A DNA stretch of 63,184 bases, counting the filler, from Asterionella formosa (lineage: Eukaryota), in the NCBI GenBank assembly GCA_002256025.1. It is 26 parts of 26 records of this genome, joined end to end, with 100 filler letters (N's around TTAATTAATTAA, not from the genome) between each part and the next. Parts side by side here need not be neighbours in the genome. Positions count along the whole stretch, not along the records: positions 37,557 to 54,931 come from NKIB01004474.1; positions 55,032 to 56,110 come from NKIB01004475.1; positions 56,211 to 57,291 come from NKIB01004476.1; positions 57,392 to 58,470 come from NKIB01004477.1; positions 58,571 to 59,649 come from NKIB01004478.1; 21 more parts are not named here. One strand, given 5' to 3'. Below the pieces are notes generated by a model, which saw nothing but the letters and a program-made list of their open reading frames with translations, did no database searches and was not told the DNA's origin. Positions 48,412-59,749 of the stretch are shown here, piece by piece (the first letter of the stretch is position 1; the number at the start of each line of letters is the position of its first letter). The translations under genes were made by a program, and so were the position numbers.

Positions 48412-51400
48412 ATGCAATCGGCAACGACAGAAGCAGTTGCTGACGAGCATTCACAACATGAACAGAATCGAGACGAGGCTGACGAAAGTCCAACTTGCGC
48501 CCTCTCGCACCCCCAAGTTTACAGCAGAAACGATACCGAGCTAACCGTTGACGACGAGAATGATGTGTCGGATCAGGAAGATCCGCCTTCTGCACTTGCA
48601 GTTCATCCTGTCAATATCGGAGATGGTTATGCACCTGAGGAAACTGGAGAATGTCCAGCTACTCTGCCAAGCCAAGCGAAATGCACAATGGCTCTTGGCG
48701 CTAGTACTGATTCTAGCAGGGCATGGAGGCTGGAGATCGTGCCCTTGATTTTGCTTTCGCTCCCAATTGATGCATTGCATTGCATAGCTTCGTTTGTGAC
48801 TACCGGCGATTGGGCATCATTTGGTCAAACCAGTCTGGGTGCCAATCGAGTGTGTCGCGAAGTCTTTCGAAGGGTGCGAATGCATGGCTTTCGATGTGCG
48901 ACTGAAGTGGTGACTGCATGGGTAAGTTGGTTTCACTGGATAAGCTCTATATCTCAACACTGACAGATGGATGCATTTTTGAAGCGATCGTTTTGAATTC
49001 AGCCATGTCTGGCCGTTGATCCGATTCTTAAAGGGAATTGGATGACTCACTCCTTCCGTCACTCACTCATTGTTGTCCGATGTATAGAAAATTGGTCAAC
49101 ATGCAGATGCACGCGAATTGGCTGGTTTATACATTCAATCGGGGGTACCTATTTATCCTTATTCTCTGGGTCATTCTTATCATACTTTGGTGTGGAGAAT
49201 GGGAACCGAAGCACAAGATATGGAACGGGCAGTGAATAGACCGCCTGCGAGAACAACTCAAGGGAGCAGTGTCACCAACAATGAACGAGGAACTGACCCT
49301 GCCACTGAAGAAACTCCAGATCACAGGCCTATTGATTTGTTTAGCGAGCAAAGGCACGAAGGTGGAGATTCGCGAGCCATGTCGTACTTGGAAGAAAAGT
49401 GCATGTTTTGGTATAATCACAATGTTGGACCTAGCAGGTGTCATATTTCTCTGAACACGAGAGCTAATTTCGCTCCACCCGCCGCTCCGATTTTAGCTGC
49501 AAGTGGAGTTGGGCGCAGAGGCTCTCGATTCCCGGGCTTTCGTCCAGACCCCTCTCCCACTCGGAGCAGTACAGTGTCTGAGAACATAAAGCTACAACGA
49601 ATTGCCCCTAAAGTGACGGTCAAAATACATCGGCATTTGGTAGACCAGCACATGATGGGCCGCAGACCAGTAGATGACGAGAATGGTGCAATGCAAGCAT
49701 CGCCAGTCAGTCTGGCTGCTGACTTTTTCCATCCTCCAGTGAATGCTTCTACGAGTAGCTTGTATTCTAGAGACACCATGTCTCCCGATAATTTCTTGCG
49801 ACCTGATCAAAAATCAGATCCTGATTTCCTAGCGACACCAAGCAAGACTGACTTTGGAAGACTTTTGGGAGACCACGGAGTCTTTGGTGATGAGGAAGAT
49901 GTATCGAGAAATGAGCTGTCATTGGATCGTCGTTCGCAACTGTCACAAGGGGGGATGCTCGAAACTCCTCAACCGTTTATGTCATCTATTGTATTGTCAC
50001 CACCTAGGCTGCCACAAGCATCATCAGATGATAATAGTCCTGAGGAAATGTTAACTCCAGAGAGGTCCATCTTTAGAAAGGTTGAACTTGATATATACAA
50101 CTCCGCGTCTGCGAATCTGACAACTTTGTCAGAGCACAGCGAAGGAACGAGCGGTAGGACTCACAAGAGTCACTTAAAAACTCGGTTTGCTGTATACCAG
50201 CGAAGACTGGAAGTATTGTTGACTCAATGCGACAGCAATGGATTTGAGGAATGTATTTTAGATTTTTGGGACGAATTTTTGCCTGTTACCGCAAATATTC
50301 AGTTTTACGATCGTCACACCGCAGTTCCTCGACTTTCAGCTTTACACAAATTTATGAGTAAACCGTGCCCCAAGGCCATCGGGATTGTTCAATGTGAGAT
50401 TGAGCGAATTAAGATCACTTCTAAGAAGAAAGGAGTTAACATGAAAGGACGATTATTTCCTTCGTACGAGTATCGACTCTTCATTCGTGACCGCCGCCAA
50501 GCGCTTTGCATGCCAGAAGCTTCGGTTCTTGACGAATACCCTCCTCGTCGCGACACTATTTTGATGATGGCGAAGAATCGTGGTCGGAATTACCACGATC
50601 GCTCCGGAGTTGCCCCTGCCCAGGGATCCTCGAAGAAGGGAGTCAACAATTACTATCTGCAATTGCCTCAACAAAATGATATTGATATTCATTTCAACTC
50701 CGTGAACTCGGATGATCATTCTGTACTCAAACCCAACGGAGCAGGAAATACTACTCCCAGGGCTTTTGGAGAAGGAATCGCTCCTGTACTGTTAGGACGA
50801 CTTCAGAGCAATTTCATTGGAACAGAGTTTCAGATTTTTACCCCTACTTTTCAGAAGCTTACTAAGCGAGGCGTACCATCCGTTTCTGACAGTGAGAATG
50901 ATCTTGATTACGATAGTGGGGTGTCCAGCGACACGAACATGCCAATGTCCTCGTCTCGTCGACGCAACAGATTTAGTCGACGAAAGTCACCTTCACACCG
51001 AAAGAAGGACAACATCAACGAGTCCACTTCATTCCAACACCATCGTTTGCAACCTGACCCCATTGTGGAAGAAGTGGACTCTGTTCGATCGCCTTCCAAC
51101 CACCATGTTCGACGGTCATACTCGTTGCCAATTATGGGAAGAACATCACGGAGTAGTCGCCGGGCCGTTGCACATTCGGAGGCACCTGAAAATATGCTGG
51201 AAAATATGGTGCACCAAGCTACTCTTTGCGAGGAAGAAGACGGTGCTATCACATATACTGCAAACCTCTTGGGAAATCGTCCACGCATCATGGATGTTTG
51301 CGTCCCTAAAGTCTCAGACGATGGAGCTGCAGCTGCTCAATGGAAACGATACCTCGAGTCACTTCAAGAAGATTCTGACCCAACGGTAGGCAACCGTATG

Positions 51401-51778
51401 TTGATGCACTTCAAGCAGTTGCAGCAGCGTCTCGAAAGCCCCGACCAGACCAGCACTGCCGATGATGAAACTGAAGGAGTCCCTACTAGTGACTACACCC
51501 CCCCTGACGATTTTGGCCTTCTTGCCCTTCAAAATCGCCCTCCGTGGTGGAACATAGAGCTTGGTGCGTTTGTCCTCAACTTTGGAGGCCGTGTCAGTGT
51601 TGCATCCGTTAAGAACTTTCAGCTCTGCGACCGGAATGACCCTGATCATATAATGCTTCAGTTTGGTCGCATCCAAGGTCGCCATTCCTTTACAATGGAC
51701 TTCCAATTCCCACTTAGTCCTGTCCAGGCCTTTGCCATTGCCATTTCGTCGCTACAATCCAGAATTTCATTTGGATAA
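48412..51778 (+). CDS. Tubby-domain protein with an N-terminal F-box-like motif; exons 48412-48921 and 49088-51778
   Basis: The C-terminus reads NRPPWWN...FVLNFGGRVSVASVKNFQL...LQFGR...FTMDFQFPLSPVQAFAIAISS, with GRLQSNFIGTEF upstream. The N-terminal motif is LLSLPIDALHCIASFV. A GTAAGT...TAG intron joins in phase 0. Confidence 0.9.
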
Positions 51779-52767
51779 ATTCGAATACAAGGTATTCATG
51801 AATTTAGTCAGAAACCTGCTACCTNNNNNNNNNNNNNNNNNNNNNNNNNNNNNNNNNNNNNNNNNNNNNNNNNNNNNNNNNNNNNNNNNNNNNNNNNNNN
51901 NNNNNNNNNNNNNNNNNNNNNNNNNNNNNNNNNNNNNNNNNNNNNNNNNNNNNNNNNNNNNNNNNNNNNNNNNNNNNNNNNNNNNNNNNNNNNNNNNNNN
52001 NNNNNNNNNNNNNNNNNNNNNNNNNNNNNNNNNNNNNNNNNNNNNNNNNNNNNNNNNNNNNNNNNNNNNNNNNNNNNNNNNNNNNNNNNNNNNNNNNNNN
52101 NNNNNNNNNNNNNNNNNNNNNNNNNNNNNNNNNNNNNNNNNNNNNNNNNNNNNNNNNNNNNNNNNNNNNNNNNNNNNNNNNNNNNNNNNNNNNNNNNNNN
52201 NNNNNNNNNNNNNNNNNNNNNNNNNNNNNNNNNNNNNNNNNNNNNNNNNNNNNNNNNNNNNNNNNNNNNNNNNNNNNNNNNNNNNNNNNNNNNNNNNNNN
52301 NNNNNNNNNNNNNNNNNNNNNNNNNNNNNNNNNNNNNNNNNNNNNNNNNNNNNNNNNNNNNNNNNNNNNNNNNNNNNNNNNNNNNNNNNNNNNNNNNNNN
52401 NNNNNNNNNNNNNNNNNNNNNNNNNNNNNNNNNNNNNNNNNNNNNNNNNNNNNNNNNNNNNNNNNNNNNNNNNNNNNNNNNNNNNNNNNNNNNNNNNNNN
52501 NNNNNNNNNNNNNNNNNNNNNNNNNNNNNNNNNNNNNNNNNNNNNNNNNNNNNNNNNNNNNNNNNNNNNNNNNNNNNNNNNNNNNNNNNNNNNNNNNNNN
52601 NNNNNNNNNNNNNNNNNNNNNNNNNNNNNNNNNNNNNNNNNNNNNNNNNNNNNNNNNNNNNNNNNNNNNNNNNNNNNNNNNNNNNNNNNNNNNNNNNNNN
52701 NNNNNNNNNNNNNNNNNNNNNNNNNNNNNNNNNNNNNNNNNNNNNNNNNNNNNNNNNNNNNNNNNNN

Positions 52768-54742
52768 CCGACAGGGTCTTGATACTGGAGGGGAAGAAGC
52801 GACCGGATCCATAACCTCCAAAGCAATGTCGACACGCAAGCCCGACAAAGCCAGGGGGGAGACCCTTACGTTTTCCAAGCCGATCTGCTTCTGTAAATAC
52901 ACAGGGTTGCATCTGACCGAGCAGCTTGTATGAAAAGGCCGTCGCATATGACTTGTCTTCTGAAGATACTAATGGGCCTGTATCTGAAAGGGCATTGCTC
53001 TCCGCAATATCATCGTTTTCCAGCGAAGGAGATTCGCTCATGGGATTGGGGTCCTCCAAGCTAAGTGGGAGGTCCGAGATGGTATTGCTTGTGGTGGAGA
53101 AAAAGTCGTTCGAGTTTCGACGGACTGCCCTACCAGTTGAACGCTGTTGGCGACTTGTTTGAGGGAGAGGTGGAGGGCGAAGGGCCGAAAAACGAATGCC
53201 ATTGGGAGTATCCACTAAGCCAAGGCTTAGGGCTGACTCGACCCAATACTTCTTCGAAGTTCCACTGCGGGCATCGTCGCCTTTGAGAGTAACATATTGA
53301 TCCATGATTTCCGGGGGAACCGCAGAGCACGAACTTAAATGACGTTGCAACAAGTTCATGGTTGCATTGTAAATGGAAGAGATGGTGGTTGGATAGTAGA
53401 CTGACCCACGTTCGCGTAGTCCAGCCGGACCAGAAGAGTTGTGACAGTGATAACATCGAATTCCAACTTGGCCGATTAGAACGGGCTTTCGCTTTCCCTT
53501 GGACGGCGTCTGAACGTCAGCGCTGCTTGCGCAGAAAACTTGAACACAGTGGCGACGGACAAAGCAGTGAAGAGGGGTCAACCAGTCCTTGTCAGACAAC
53601 ATGGCCAATGGAATAGCCTCATGCAATGTGGAGAAGGGTCCATTGGACTCCATGTTGAGCTCCTCTGGTAAATCCATACCAAAGTTTGGATGAGGCGAAG
53701 ACTGATGATGATTATAAGATCGGGGACGCTGCAGGTGCACGTGAAGTTCTTGCTGCTGCACTCGAGGTGGTTCAATATAGTTCATATGGTGCTGCCCTTC
53801 TTGACAAATTGCTTCGTGGTGCATCGCTTCATCCCGAGAGGCAAAGGCCTTTGAGTTGCAAACTTGACAGATCCACCATTGTTGTTGCGGCTGGATGCTT
53901 CCATTACGATCTTGCGGGTCACAAAGGGCATTGTAAAGCAATGGTTCCTGCATGTTCCTACGCATACCTCCACTATCTATTCCTCCACCACCAATCATAG
54001 ACCCCCCACCTTGAGTCTGTTGCAAAGCAGCAGCTTGCATGGAAAAGTCCTGCATACCCGAGAAAAGCTGCTGCCGTTGCATCTCCAGCTTCTTCTGCTG
54101 CAGCTCCAGATCCAGCTGTTGCTGCTGAAGAAGCTGCTGCTTGGCAGCAATCGACGAGGCTGCATAGTTCTGTGGATGACCTCCTCCACCATGATGAGAG
54201 TGCATGTTGCCCATTGGATTTCCAGTGCTGCCTCCAGGTAAAATATTGGAATGGTCCATCTGCCCTCGAGGTCCTGTTCCTTGATTGACACCACCGCCAC
54301 CACCAGCAACGCCTCCGTGACTCTGATCGTTTCCAACTCCTCTTTGCCCACCGCCCATAGCCATGGACATTCTACGACGAGTCAGGTCCAAAATGCAGGC
54401 ATCCAAGACGGCAGTCGTCGAATCCAACGAATCTCGTTTGCTAAGAATATCACCCATTCCATCCGGGAAGGGACCGGAAGTCCTGCGAGCAAAAGGATTG
54501 GCCCCTTGCCCGAATAGTTCTTGCATGGAAGCGTCCAAAGGAAGTGATCCTCCGGGTGGACCAGGCTGGCGACGACTCATTGAAGAAACGGGGCGACGAC
54601 TTGTCGGAAAGGAGTTGTTACCATGTGGGAATCCGGAAAGAGAAGGGGCCGGTTGCAGCTGCCGTAGAGGGTCTCCTCCTCCATTCATTCCGTTAATGCT
54701 GTTGCCATTTGGACCTCCACCGATGCTGTTGGGGTTGTACAT
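52768..54742 (-). CDS. Uncharacterised Gln/Gly-rich protein with a zinc-finger-like motif and repeated CxHC domains; 3' end in the N gap
   Basis: Motifs are WICQVCNSKAF...HEAIC; LHCFVRRHCV..GQVGIRCYHC..YYP..HLSSC; and a second unit GLACRHC..GRFFP. A probable 5'-UTR intron lies at 54783-54868. Confidence 0.8.
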
Positions 54743-55263
54743 TTCTGCGATCGACTCCCGAAGTCGAAGAAGAAGCAATTACCTAGCTAGTTTGAGAGGC
54801 CGCAAAGGAATGATAATGAGAAATGATGGACCATCGAGGACCTTCAAATGATAGATACGCAGACTTACCAGGGTACGTTCCGTAGAGAACTGTACTAGGA
54901 AGCCGTATGATAGTGAGACAAGAATTCGTAANNNNNNNNNNNNNNNNNNNNNNNNNNNNNNNNNNNNNNNNNNNNTTAATTAATTAANNNNNNNNNNNNN
55001 NNNNNNNNNNNNNNNNNNNNNNNNNNNNNNNATTTACTCCTTCGGCCTCCCGAAGCACGAAAAGATTGACTACCGTATAGTATACGGTAGTCTACTGTAT
55101 CAGTACTTGGTACGGAATACTCCATACCTGGTGGAAATCAAAAAATGAAGCAAAGAATAACAACAGCGAAGCAACTTCTTTTTTCTTTGGTGCTTGTCTT
55201 AATATTATTACATTGCTTATTAGCAACAACACACAACTCTACGTGATGGGTGATTAGACAATC

Positions 55264-56052
55264 ATGATAACCACGACAACGGTTTTGATTACATGGTTAA
55301 TACTATTTTTCAGCTTGTTGTTGCTGCTGCTCTGCACTTCAAACGCTTTCCTGTTGAGTATTCCGGCTACAACAAAAGAAATCGCTATTATTAATACAAG
55401 ACCAACCACAGTTTTCCACATGACGAAGGTCCCCTTGCCCTTCTCTCGGCGCGCCGTGTTGGCATCAACTCTATTAGCCACTGCACAACTCACAGTGGCA
55501 CAACTGTATGCACGACCTGGATTTACTCGAATACCCACCCAATTTATTGCTGCCCTTGGAGACCCCCTGGCATCCACTGGAAACGAAGCGAAGGAATGGG
55601 GTATTTGGACCTTGGATCCTGGTCCAAGGGGTGTCTTCTTAAAGGACTTTCAGCAACTAGAAAAGAATTCAGGACGCGCCCCAGCAGGTTGGACGTTTTC
55701 GAACAATGATTGGTGGCTCGAAGAGCATGGGCTTATCATGGAACCACCTAACTTTCCACTTTCCCCTGGGCGATATTTAGTCACAGGAGGACGACGTGTC
55801 ACTACAGTTTTGGATATTTCTCCCAGTGGACAGTGGTCTCTAGAGGAGGGTACCATGTACGATGTAACGCACTTGCCATGTAGGTCTGCCCGATATAAGC
55901 CAAATGCACAAGGACACGGAAGTCCTGCAACAGCCAAGGTGTCAGATTTTCCAGTGATTCCCGGAGCTGAAATGCCTGTTGTGGAAGGGTGTGACAAGCA
56001 AGATTATGCCGTGATCTTTGTTATCGGGAAAGCCAATGATGCCGAGTTGTAA
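55264..56052 (+). CDS. Conserved hypothetical protein with a signal peptide, SNA|F motif and twin-Arg-like SRRAVL segment
   Basis: Complete 262-aa ORF. The mature part reads FTRIPTQFIAALGDP...WGIWTLDPGPRGV...WWLEEHGLIME...YDVTHLPCRSARY...CDKQDYAVIFV. Confidence 0.8.
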   Translation: MITTTTVLITWLILFFSLLLLLLCTSNAFLLSIPATTKEIAIINTRPTTVFHMTKVPLPFSRRAVLASTLLATAQLTVAQLYARPGFTRIPTQFIAALGDPLASTGNEAKEWGIWTLDPGPRGVFLKDFQQLEKNSGRAPAGWTFSNNDWWLEEHGLIMEPPNFPLSPGRYLVTGGRRVTTVLDISPSGQWSLEEGTMYDVTHLPCRSARYKPNAQGHGSPATAKVSDFPVIPGAEMPVVEGCDKQDYAVIFVIGKANDAEL

Positions 56053-56210
56053 TGAGTTGAGTGCCTAGAAATTCGATTCATGTATTGAAAGTTAAGCACC
56101 CAGATGCGTTNNNNNNNNNNNNNNNNNNNNNNNNNNNNNNNNNNNNNNNNNNNNTTAATTAATTAANNNNNNNNNNNNNNNNNNNNNNNNNNNNNNNNNN
56201 NNNNNNNNNN

Positions 56211-57291
56211 CTTGTGCTAAGAATGCCTTTGGCTCATTGTCAATGTTGTAAGCTATTGTGCCCCTGTTTGTATGTGTTGAGTATTGGCAATATTCAGACA
56301 AGCGTAAACCGGTGTACAGGGCCAGGGTTAGCCAATCGGCCAAGGATGCGGTGAGGCTGTTTGGGTTGGATTCTTTTTGTGCTTGTTTGCAGAGGAAATT
56401 AAGCATTTCTTTGGTAAAAGGGTTTGCTTTTCGAGGCCGGTTTTCTCATCAAGCGATTTCCTCAAGGATTTTTTGCAATTCATAGCAAAGTCCTGTGTGT
56501 TGAGAGGTGATCTGAGGATCGAGGAGAATTTTTGCGTCATCGACAATTAGCTGTCGGAAATGGTTTAGTAAATGTTGGGCAACATGACGGGTGTATCCGT
56601 CAATTGTGTCTCGTTTCACCAATGTGCCGTGGATTGTGTTTCCGAGGGCAAGGTGTTGGGCATAGAGAGCCATCTGGATGTTGCGTTGGCGTTGGGAGTA
56701 TGTTGTCAGGTAAGGGTCAATCTGTTTTAGTCTGCAATATTTCATGTAATGTTTTACATGTGACTGAGCTGTCCTAGCCGAATTTTGGTTGTGGGAATAA
56801 TTCACAGATCCAGTAGAGAGCGCGGAGTTCAGCAGCTTGAGTAACTCGGGACTCGGTCGGAAGCACCTCAAGCCTTGGATCTCAGGAATCTGTTGTTTGA
56901 GGGATTGGGTAGCAGCATGAAAATGTGAGTCAAGTTGAAAATGGGTGTGATCAAGTGTTCGTGAGATTTTGTCAGCTAAAACATTTTCCTCTCCCTTGAT
57001 ATAGGAGCTTGATACACCAATTTGCCAGTGCATGAGGATGTAACAAAATAGTCGTGCCAAGGACTTGCTTTCGTTTGTGGTTCCTGTACCACTTGACATT
57101 TTTCTGGTCCATGCAGATGCCGTTGTGTTGTCTGTCCATATTTGGACTACAGGGTCTGGTGGTGAGTTCTTGTTGTGTATTTGTTCCAATCGCTTCAATG
57201 CACGCTGCTAGATTAACAATTATGCTCACATACTCAAACAAGTTAATGGATAGCAGGGCTGGATCCTTTTTCTTTAGGTTCAAGAGTGTGC
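56211..57291 (-). mobile_element. Tyrosine-recombinase retrotransposon (DIRS/Ngaro-like) RNase H-YR segment, copy 1 (two 1-bp insertions, two stops)
   Basis: Near-identical to copies 2 and 3. CGA TGG has become TGA TGA at about 56446-56451. Confidence 0.85.
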
Positions 57292-57391
57292 NNNNNNNNN
57301 NNNNNNNNNNNNNNNNNNNNNNNNNNNNNNNNNNNTTAATTAATTAANNNNNNNNNNNNNNNNNNNNNNNNNNNNNNNNNNNNNNNNNNNN

Positions 57392-58470
57392 CTTGTGCTA
57401 AGAATGCCTTTGGCTCATTGTCAATGTTGTAAGCTATTGTGCCCCTGTTTGTATGTGTTGAGTATTGGCAATATTCAGACAAGCGTAAACCGGTGTACAG
57501 GGCCAGGGTTAGCCAATCGGCCAAGGATGCGGTGAGGCTGTTTGGGTTGGATTCTTTTTGTGCTTGTTTGCAGAGGAAATTAAGCATTTCTTTGGTAAAA
57601 GGATTTGCTTTTCGAGGCCGGTTTTCCCATCGAGCGATTTCCTCAAGGATTTTTTGCAATTCATAGCAAAGTCCTGTGTGTTGAGAGGTGATCCGAGGAT
57701 CAAGGAGAATTTTTGCGTCATCGACAATTAACTGTCGGAAATGGTTTATTAAATGTTGGGCAACATGTTGGGTGTATCCGTCAATTGTGTCTCGTTTCAC
57801 CAATGTGCCGTGGATTGTGTTTCCGAGGGCAAGGTGTTGGGCATAGAGAGCCATCTGGATGTTGCGTTGGCGTTGGGAGTATGTTGTCAGGTAAGGGTCA
57901 ATCTGTTTTTGTCTGCAATATTTCATGTAATGTTTTACATGTGACTGAGCTGTCCTAGCCGAATTTTGGTTGTGGGAATAATTACAGATCCAGTAGAGAG
58001 CGCGGAGTTCAGCAGCTTGAGTAACTCGGGACTCGGTCGGAAGCACCTCAAGCCTTGGATCTCGGGAATCTGTTGTTTGAGGGATTGGGTAGCAACATGA
58101 AAATGTGAGTCAAGTTGAAAATGGGTGTGATCAAGTGTTCGTGAGATTTTGTCAGCTAAAACATTTTCCTCTCCCTTGATATAGGAGCTTGATACACCAA
58201 TTTGCCAGTGCATGAGGATGTAACAAAATAGTCGTGCCAAGGACTTGCTTTCGTTTGTGGTTCCTCTACCACTTGACATTTTTCTGGTCCATGCAGATGC
58301 CGTTGTGTTGTCTGTCCATATTTGGACTACAGGGTCTGGTGGTGAGTTCTTGTTGTGTATTTGTCCAATCGCTTCAATGCACGCTGCTAGATTAACAATT
58401 ATGCTCACATACTCAAACAAGTTAATGGATAGCAGGGCTGGATCCTTTTTCTTTAGGTTCAAGAGTGTGC
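57392..58470 (-). mobile_element. Tyrosine-recombinase retrotransposon RNase H-YR segment, copy 2
   Basis: The RNase H reads SINLFEY...WTDNTTASAW...YIKGEENVLADKISR. The overlapping YR reads SARTAQSHVKHYMKYC...LALYTGLRLSEY. Confidence 0.85.
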
Positions 58471-58570
58471 NNNNNNNNNNNNNNNNNNNNNNNNNNNNNN
58501 NNNNNNNNNNNNNNTTAATTAATTAANNNNNNNNNNNNNNNNNNNNNNNNNNNNNNNNNNNNNNNNNNNN

Positions 58571-59649
58571 CAATGCATACACTAATGAGCTAGCATACTC
58601 CCGTGCTGGACCAGAATTTGGAGAGGAGTTGAGGGGATCAATCATTCTCATCCGAAAAGCACTATATGGTTTGAGATCAAGCTCTGAGCGTTGGTGGGCG
58701 CATTTTGCGGACACGATCTGGGGAATGGGGTTCCAGCCAACTAGGTACGACAAAGATGTGTGGTACAAGATGAGCAATGATACTTCACACTATGAATATA
58801 TCTGCACCCACTCAGATGACTTCATGATAGTGTCAAAAACTCCTGAAGTAATTATGGAAGGACTCAAGCAGGTCTATACGATCAAGTCTGAAGGTCCTCC
58901 AGAATATTATCTTGGGAACGACTTCAAGAAGGACAAGAAGGGCAGGTGGTGTTTTGGATGCAAGAAATACATACAAGAGTCGATTGCAAGAATTGAGGTG
59001 ATGTTTGGTGTGCAACCCAAAAGTACAATTCCAATGAGTGCAAATGATCATCCAGAACTCGATGACACCACACTACTTAGTGATGACGAACATCGAAAGT
59101 TTCAGATGTTAATTGGCATGTTGAATTGGGTAGTAACAATTGGGAGATTCGATGTCGCACACACCACAATGTCATTGTCAAGATTCTCTGCATGTCCAAG
59201 AAAAGGACACCTTGAGCGGGTATTGAAAGTGTTTGGCTACCTCAAGAGGAGGCCAAATAGGCGAATTGTTGTGGATTCTAGGTCGCCTGACTTCTCAGGA
59301 TTTGAGGAAGATTTTTCTAAAGACTACGCAAGTATTCTTGGTGGAGACTACCCTGAAGCATCTGAGGAGGTTGACTGCAACCTACCAAAGCCATTGGTCA
59401 ATGAGTTGGACATAACTGTGTTTGTTGACTCAGATCATGCCCATGACAAGATCACACGCAGGTCAGTGACCGGTTTGATTATATTCGTTGGAAGAACACC
59501 AGTATTCTTTATGAGTAGGCGACAAGGAGCAGTGGAGACATCAACATACGGCGCTGAGTTTTGTGCTATGCGCATTGCAGTTGAAGAAACCATAGCTATT
59601 CATTATATGCTACGCTCAATGGGAGTGCGGGTGGCTCATGCCTCATACC
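58571..59649 (+). mobile_element. Ty1/copia (CoDi-like) RT and RNase H fragment with an intact frame; a different family from the other two Copia types
   Basis: The frame reads KALYGLRSS, YICTHSDD, YYLGND, FVDSDHAHDKITRRSVTG and VETSTYGAEF. Confidence 0.93.
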
Positions 59650-59749
59650 NNNNNNNNNNNNNNNNNNNNNNNNNNNNNNNNNNNNNNNNNNNNTTAATTA
59701 ATTAANNNNNNNNNNNNNNNNNNNNNNNNNNNNNNNNNNNNNNNNNNNN

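Noticed and set aside
51663..52947. Long ORFs spanning the N gap (also 44320-44935)
   Set aside because: Their length comes from Ns. Only the sequenced part of the minus-strand gene is supported.
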